From: Lama glama | Taxonomy: Eukaryota | Assembly (NCBI GenBank): GCA_028534125.1 | Contig: CM052817.1 | Coordinates: 78,742,001 to 78,806,000 of the forward strand | Direction: 5' to 3' | Length of the DNA: 64,000 nucleotides | Shown: piece after piece, positions 37,701-46,700 of the stretch | How the letters are laid out: each line of letters begins with the position of its first letter | Numbering within the stretch: position 1 is the stretch's first letter | The notes under the pieces: generated by a model | The model's input: only the letters and a program-made list of their open reading frames with translations | What the model was told of the DNA's origin: nothing | Databases searched by the model: none | Made by a program: the position numbers and the translations under genes

Positions 37701-40700
37701 CATGTTCATAATCAAGGGAGGTTCAGTTTGGGAGGGATGGGGACTGTGGTACAAAGAAGCTGAGGGAACTGAAGGTCCTGCATTACAAGAGGGAGGCACG
37801 AGGCAGTGGGACAGCTTTGTATTAACACTGGCATGGCCACACTGTGCCTGCAGTCCAGACTGGCCTGGAAAGACATAAGAGCTTTGCAAGGAATTACAAA
37901 ATCTACAATAGCCCTGGCAAATTTTTTACCACTTAATTCTCCTCGAGGGATGTATTATTGCTTCTGAAATAAAAGAAATCAAGCACTCTTTTTGTTTTCT
38001 GAATGCAAATGATTAGTTTGGATTTTCACAGTTTGCGAATAAAATAAGTATTTTCATCGTAATTATTCAAGATTTTAGTAACAAAAATAAACTATCAATG
38101 GACATGATTACCTGAGATTGTTTTGTATAAATGAGTATCATATGTATGTGAGATATTACTAATGTACATACAGTCTTTTTTTAACTCAATCACCCTTATT
38201 GGCCACACATCTATTCTACACACAAATGTACCTAACATTTAAAAAAAATCTCTTGAGGCAACATTGGTTTATAACATTGTAAGTTTCATGTGTACAATAT
38301 TATATTTCAATTTCTGTGTACCCTACAGTGTGCTCACCCCTAAAAGCTTAGTTTCCATCCATCACCATAGAGTTGACTCCCTTGACCCATTTTGCCCTCC
38401 CTGCTTCTCCTTGGTAACCACTACTCTGTCCTCTGTATCTACGTGTTTGTTTTGGTTTAGTTTGATTTGTTGATTAATACTTCACAGCTGTGAATAACAA
38501 TCTGTTTCTTTCTGTTGGGTCCCCTCTAAGTGCCAGGTCTTTTCCACGTGGGGTCATTCATTCTCACAGCAGCCCTGTAAGGTGGGCATAGGTTTTCCCA
38601 AGCTTACAGACGAGGGAATTAGAGCAAAGAGAAATTAAATAATTGTTCCAACACCAAACACAGTGTTTACCAACCTGTAATGTCTGCAGGTATCTCAATT
38701 TCACAAGAAGTTTTTTTTTTTTTGAATAATGTTAATGTTTCTTCATTCATATATTGAAAGGGGCTTTCAAGTTTTACAGGTGAAAATAGGTAAATATTAG
38801 CTGCTTCATACTGAAATCCAATGGGATATCATCAGAACTGGATATGCATGAATATTTTTGTTAAAATATAGTACTAAAATATAGTAAAATATGTAAAACT
38901 TCATCTTTCTTGTAGTTTCTGGGGCTGCACTGACCACTTCTTTGCATCATCTTCTAATGGGGGCAGATAGAGTGCAAGGAAATATAGCCTACAATCTATT
39001 TAATACAGTAAACAGTAGAACAGAGTTAGAACCAAGACTGTCTGACTTTAAAGTACATGTTCATTTTCACTGTACCAAACAATCTGACTCTTTTATTTCT
39101 CCCAGGATATGAGAACATGTTATAAGGAGACTTAATAATCTGCAATCTTTCTGGGATAAAAGGTGATGTATTTCTCAGAAACACAGCCACAGGGAGAACA
39201 AATTTAGTTTTGCATAGATAGATACAAGCAATAAACACTTACTTGAGTACTTCAACATCAATCATTAGAAATCCATACTTTTAAGATAGGAAAAGAAGCA
39301 AGAAGTTCAGCTTCTGCTAAATCCTTTTTAGAGACAGACTCAGAAGGAACTGCCAAGATGGAGTTCCCAGAGCTGGGTCACTGCCCTTTCAATAATTCCT
39401 TAGCAGAAGGAGAAGCCATAGCGCCAGCACCAGGAGAAAGCACCTGCACGGTGGCTCAAGGAACTGAAAAGAAGCATGTAATGGCGGTGGGAGCGGCTCA
39501 GGGAGATGCCTGCATCCATTCCAGACCAGGAGAGGTCACCAGGGGAGGCTCTTCAAAACTCTGGTTGAGCTTGGTCCTGAAAAACCTAGCCCAGAGCTTA
39601 TGCTCTGTGGGAGGACATCAAAGAAATCAAAGATGGAAGACGTATGTTTGGGGAGCTTATAGTTCCCATCAGTCAGACTCAGTCCAGTAGCCACAGGCAG
39701 GCAACTCTATTAAGCCCGATCGTCTAACTTGCATGCCTTCCTACCTTCAGGAGAACTTCCTGTCGAGTGTCAAGCATTCCCAAACAGCAGTGCGGTGGCT
39801 AAGAGGGCACAAGTACTCCTACTGCACAGATTCTGTCAGTAAGGAGACAAGGTAAAAACACAACCAGTAAAACAAGATTAACACGGTGTCAGCTCCCTGG
39901 GTCCCTCAGCCCAAAGAAGACACCAAACCTGAATGGCCAGGTGGCCGATGGCATGAACAATGGGTGCTCTGCAGGGGAGGACCACCACCTCTACCCTAAA
40001 GTACAAGCAATTTTACAGACTTACACAAAGGCCTGAGGCTGGGCCCGAAGTGGGGGCACAGTGGGAAGTCCAGTGTTCAAGTAAAATCAAACTAGGGGGA
40101 TGGATGAGAAGTGGTCAGTCCCCCAGGAGACAGGGACAGAGACTTGCCTCACCATGGCTACCCACCAGGCTTTTCTCCCCCTGCTCCAGGTGTCACCAGG
40201 CATTCTGCCAAGACTCAGGTCAGACGGTGGTTAAGCCTTGCCTACCTGCCCTATAGGAAGATGTGCAAGGTTGCCAGGGTGCCGTGGTGGAGCTGTTCCC
40301 CTCATCTCCCCATAGCAACTCTACTCAATCCGAGTCATTGAAGTGGGGGTGGCCCAGGCCCTCCCTCTCTGTATTTCCCCACCAGCATGGGTACATGACT
40401 GATACTTGAGCAGAGGATCCATCACTGTAGCTTGGGCCACAGTGATGGATTCTATGGGTAAGAGAATGATGTTAAGCTGTCTGGAATCCTCCAGAGCATT
40501 TTGCAGCTACCAGGAAAGATCCTCTCTCACCTTCTGATATAAGGAGGAAATTTTTCTTTAATTTTTTTGGAAAATTTTTATTGTAAAATGTATATAACAT
40601 AAAATTTGTAATTTTAAACATTTTAAATATACAATTCACTGGCATTAATTACCTCACAATGTTGTGCAACCATCGCTACTGTTTTCCAAAACATTTTCAT

Positions 40701-43700
40701 CACCCCAAACAGAAGTCTGTACCTATTAAGCAATAACTCTTTATTTCTCTTCCTCTTCAGCCCCCGAATAATGTGTAATCTGCTTTCTAGCTCTATGAAT
40801 TTGTCTCTTTTAGATAGGCAAACATGAATGGAATCATAAAAGTTATTCTTTTTGTGTCCGGTTTATTTCATTTAGCAGAATGCTTATTATCAGAACTTGG
40901 CTGAGCAATATTTTATTATGTATATATAGCACACTTTGTCTATTCATTCAACTGTGATAGACGTCTGAGTTGAGACAGAGAGTTTTAAAGAAAATGTAAG
41001 CTTATAGCTCCAGGGACCATCTTTCACATACCTGACAAAAGACAGCCCAAGAATGAAACCACAATAAAGAAGGAAGTGAAGCTAGGTACAAAGGGAGACT
41101 GGCAAAGCCCTGGAGCCATTGTTGGAGGACCTGGATCCAGCTGTGCTTGAAGCTATCTCTAATTCTGAGCTTCACAGTTCCTTGAGACAGAATATTCCTC
41201 CATTTCCTTTAGTTAAAGTTGGGCTATTCTACTCACAAGAATCCTAATAAACCAACCACTGATCAAAGAATATGCTGAGCTATGCTACAGAAAAGCAAAT
41301 TTAAAAAGATTCCTTTTATTTTCCTACGTGCACAATGAAATTTTTCAAACTGTCTCATTGTTAAATCCTTTAACTATAAAATCCTGTGCCTAAACAGAGA
41401 GAATCTTTTATATAAATCCCATTGCTGTTACTGCCCAGCTCTGATGTCCCAAGAGAATTTAGTAATTGTCTTGACCCCTGGCATCTTTTCTTCTCAAAGC
41501 ATGTACATAATTGATTCTAGGGAGGATCACCCCCAGGCTAGCCCCAGGGCACAATTTTTTTTTAAATTTTACTTCCAAAGTGTTGTTGCTGTTGGGCCTC
41601 CCTTTCATTCCTTTCTTTTATTTTTTTTAACTTCTCTACTTTAATGAGACTATTATTTTCCCACAGCTTTCATCATGACTGTTAAAAGATTTTTTAAAAG
41701 CCCCGTAATATTGTTGATTTCACATCAGTCTCATCAAATTAAAATTCCCCCTAGGATTCTGAAGTTTCTGAAATGTTATAGAAAAGTGATGCTTTTAACC
41801 ATGAATCAGATAATAAAACAGACCAGAAGAAGTTCCAGTCTAATCCACATGCTCTGAAGTCGTCCAAAGAACTGAGATCATTTCACCAAAAAATAAAATT
41901 TCAATAACTTCTTTTAATAGCCTATTTCACAATTTATCATCTTAAAATCTCTAAAAACACACCTAAATTAGTCATGCTGAGTGCAGTGAGTGTTCTTTCT
42001 TCCCCTCCTATCCTCCCTCTGGTAAGTTGGTCCTTCCTTCAGGGAAAATTCTTTTTCATGCAAAACCTGATCTATTAAAAAGAGAGAAAGGCGTAGTTCT
42101 GAGGAAGGTTGGGAGCTTTGCTTAATCCTGTCACACTCACACCAGTCACTATGACTCGGGGTAAAACAGACTGAAAACCTTGTTGTGGGCTGTGCTAGTT
42201 TAGAATTAAAGTTCTAGTTTCCAGGTGAGAGAATCATTCTTCCAGTCCTTCTTTGCCTATCTTAGATCCCAACATGTTCATCATTTTTGACTTCTTTCCA
42301 AATCCATTTTGAAAGACTCCGAAAAGGTTAAGGGCTTCAGTAAAGATGTAATTGGCTGCACACAATGAAAGAACTGCTTCAGAGTTCCATGTTGGACTCC
42401 ATTTTATGCAACCTACTTCTGCATTTTCCAATCATTCCAACTCCAGTTGCTATTTAAAAAAAAATATAATAGCTATATTGTGCTGGTACATGTGACAGGC
42501 ATTGTGCCATTTAAGTACTTTACATACATTATTTCTTTTAATCTTCAGCATTTGAACTACATCAGCGGTTCCCAACCTGGGCTACAAATTATAACCTTTT
42601 CTTTTGGGGAACTTTTGAAAATCTGATACCCAGGTATCACTCAGATCAATTAAATCAAAATCTCTAGGGGTAAGGAATCCGGCATCATTTAAAAAACTCC
42701 CTATGTGATCCTCTGGGAAGCTGAGAACCACTGGTCTAGGAGGAATTCTCATATGAGCTGATGAGGAAATTAATTTTTACATTTGACCACCCAAGCTAGT
42801 AGTCATCAAATGTGTACTTCTCCCACGGACGCTGCCATTACTTAGGGTATTTTTGGAACTCTTTTTTCTGGAAGAGCTTTTACTCAATTTGCCGGCCACC
42901 ATTAGAAAGTTCTTTTCACTGCCCACAGCAGGATTGCAGGGGGAGCCACGGAGCTCCGCGCACAGCTGGGAAGTCAGTTCTTTCCTCTGGCTGGAACTAC
43001 ACCCACAGCAGGAAGACAGGGGCATAGAGCCCTGCGGGCTCCTAGCAAAGCCATCACTCCACTCCTCCCACAGACATTCCCCATCTCTCCTTATTAATGC
43101 TAAGAACCATAAAAGATTAGAATTAGCACTGATTTTCCACTTCCTTCTGGGAGGTCTTCAGAATTAATCCCCCCAAGCCTCAACTTCACATTTCCCTGTC
43201 ACCACAAGTTCCACTCTCTTAGACCATCCCTTGGCCTTGATCCCCATACAAGCTCATCCCAAGCTGACACAAACTCCCCTCCAACACTTCCACCATGCTT
43301 GGACCACTGTGCACTCGGGAACACTGATATCAACAAAATCCTCTGCATTCTCTGTCTTCTCTTTGAATGCTTCCTTCCCCCTCTTGCTCTATGTGAAACT
43401 AGCTATTCCACAAGGGTACAGCTTTCTCAACACCTAAAATATCCAGGACACAATGGCAGATACCTAAGAAATGCTGCGTACAAGAATGACTGGTGGTACT
43501 ATTAATGACAGTTTAGACCTGGGCAGAGGGACAAAAGAGAGTGAGAGAGTACTGGAGCTGGTAAGATATCCATGTGTAAATTCCTAGTCTTCAGATCAGG
43601 TGAGAGACTATGGTTTACGATAATGATTAGATACTTATTTCAGAATCATCAGCAAAGAAACGAGAGTCCTGACTATAGCCTCAATGCAAAAATGAATAAT

Positions 43701-46700
43701 GAAAGAAAAGACGTATACTAGGCTTTGGCGACACATTCTTAAAAATTAAGGGTAAATGTGAGAACCATTAAAAAGCAGAGCATAAAGAAAGAGACAGAGA
43801 CATAAAGATAACAAAGATGGAAAAGAGAAGTTTGTGGAAACCTAGAGAAGAGATAAAGAAGAGGAGGTATATTTATACAATGGAATACTACTCAGCCATA
43901 AAAACCAACAACATAATGCCATTTGCAGCAACATGGATGTTCCTGGAGAATGTCATTCTAAGTGAAGTAAGCCAGAAAGAGAAAGAAAAATACCATATGA
44001 GATCACTCATATGAGGAATCTAAAACAAACAAACGAACTAACAAACAAAGCATAAGTACAAAACAGAAACAGACTCATAGATATAGAATACAAACTTGTG
44101 GTTGCCAAGGGAGTGGAGGATGGGAAGGGAAAGACTGGGATTTCAAAATTGTAGAATAAATAAACAAGATTATACTGTATAGCACAGGGAGGGATGTACG
44201 GGATCTTGTGGTAGCTCACAGAGAGAAGGGTGTGATGGTGAATGGATGTATGTTCATGTATAGCTGGGGGATTGTGCTTTACACTGGAATTTGACACAAA
44301 TTGTCAAATGTGATTATAAATCAATAAAAAATGTTAAAAAAAAGAAGTTTATGGAAACATAGAGAAGAGAGCAAAGTGTTCTGGACCACTACTCAGAAGT
44401 AAAATGTATTACCCTGAATTCAGCTGGAAAAAATAGAACACGTTCAGTCAGTGTATTTGGAGGAAAATGCAAGTATTGTGAAGAAAGAAAGAAAAGGAGA
44501 AGAAAGAAAGAGACAAAATGAAGAACAGGCTACAGATAAGGAGAGGTAAATTCCACGGCCCCAGACACACAATGGGCAAGTTCCCTGCTAGAGTCCAACC
44601 AAGTAGATCAGAGAGTAGAACAGAGACGGAACTTCCAAGGCCTGACTCTTAAATGCTATGGCAATACAACTCCATCCTCATATTAGTGATAAAAGAAAAG
44701 TCAGAAGCAAATGCTATATATCATTCTTGGGGGAAGCGAATCCCTACTCCTGCTCGCTCTATCCTGGAAGAAGTTTGCAGGGTACTGTGGGAATGAGCCA
44801 GTTGGTAGGTCGAAGATAGCCAATATTAGGGTGGTAATGCAGGGTATATGAAGGAGATTGCACATCAGCTTGCCTCAATGATGGGCAACATTTAGATGCT
44901 GAGGATCATTTGTATCTCCTTGCGAGTTGCATGTAATTCACGTAAATAAACTAAATATTTATGGATACACTTTGTCTCCCCTGTTGTTCATGGTGCCATC
45001 ACTATACAAAGAGGAACTCGATGGCTTAGTATGCTGGGTAACAACTATGTGGGGTTTTTTTAAAGGCCTAACTTGTAGCTGCCAATTTCCATGGTGTAAA
45101 TACTCTTGCCACGAGCAATTTCAAGCCAACAAGATAATGTCTCCAAACAGGGAACTGGGCAGAGATGTGCACAATGCACTCTGTAAGTCATCACACACTA
45201 ACTTCAGAGAGTCAGATGCAACTAGGCTGGACTGGGGCTGGAACAATTCACTTTAAAAAGCCCTTCAGCCATAAAAAAGAATGAAATATTGGCATTTGCA
45301 GCAACATGGATGGACCTAGAGATTATCATACTAAATGAAGTAAGTCATACAGAGAATGAAAAATATTATATGGTATCATTTATATGTGGAATCTAGAAAA
45401 AATAATACAAATGAATTTATATACAAAACAGCAAGAGACTCACAGACATAGGAAACAAACTTATGGTTACCAAAGGGGAACGGGATGAGGGAGGGGTAAA
45501 TTATGAGTATCGAATTAACAGATAGACATCACCAAATAAAAAAACGATAAATAACAGGGATATACAGGGAACACAGGGAACTATATTCAATATCTTATAA
45601 TAACCTATAATGGAAAATAATCTGAAAAAATATAAATATGTATAACTGAATCACTATGCTGTACACCTGAAATGAATACAATACTGTAAATCCACTGTAC
45701 TTCAAAAAAACTAAAAAGCCCCTCAGGAGATTCTCCATACAACCAAGTCTGAAAAGTGGTGCTTCTCAGATTTTCATGTGCATGTGAGTCACCTAGAGAC
45801 CTTATCAAAATGTAGACTCTGACGCAGAAGTCACCTTCTGTCCCTAACAAGGGAAATGAGTGGACTAAAAGAAGATAGAAATTGTCATTTCCAGCTCTAC
45901 CATTGTCAGAAACACTTTGTAGAGACGTCACAAACTGGAGGCCCATGATTTGTGGCCAAACCCACAGAGAGGTTTTCTGTCACCCAGCTGTATTTTATTT
46001 TAAAAATCTGAATTAAATGCCAACATTACAAAAATCAGGATTCCCAGCCTCTCTGGGGAAAAAAACCATAATTAAAGCAACAGCAATGACAACAAAAGAA
46101 GATGTGCTAACTCTGGGCACACACCTGGCCTGGCCTGCAGAGATCCCGCCCCCGGGAGGCACCCAGTCGCCCTTCTGCCACTGTCACCTCCTGGTAGTCT
46201 TCACTGCTTTGTTTATATTTCTGACCTTACTCCTGAAGGAATTTCAGGGGTGTTCATATCTTAGGTTTTACAGAACTTTTAATACACCTTTTCCTCTCCA
46301 GTTGCACTAGTGTCTCATTTCCCCCCACATTCCCCACGTGTGAACTATATATTCTTGAAATGCCTTCCTTACGCAGTGTCCTTGGACTCTATTACCTTCT
46401 TTCTTTCCTTCACACTTTATTATTTTTTGGGGGGAGAAGAGGAGGTAATTAGTTTGATTTATTTAATTACTTTTTATTATTATTGTTATTATTATTTTAA
46501 TTATTTTTAAAATTACTATACCCTCCCCCCTTCCTCCACACTTTAGGTTGACCCCCATTCCTGGAAGGCACTCCATCCTTCTTTCTTTGCTGGAACCAGT
46601 CTGAATTCATCAAGATCCCCACTTAAGTGAAGACTTCTTGATTCTTCCACACTCCATAGCAGAGTCCTCTTCTATCGAATCTTAGTTTTGCTCATGGTGG

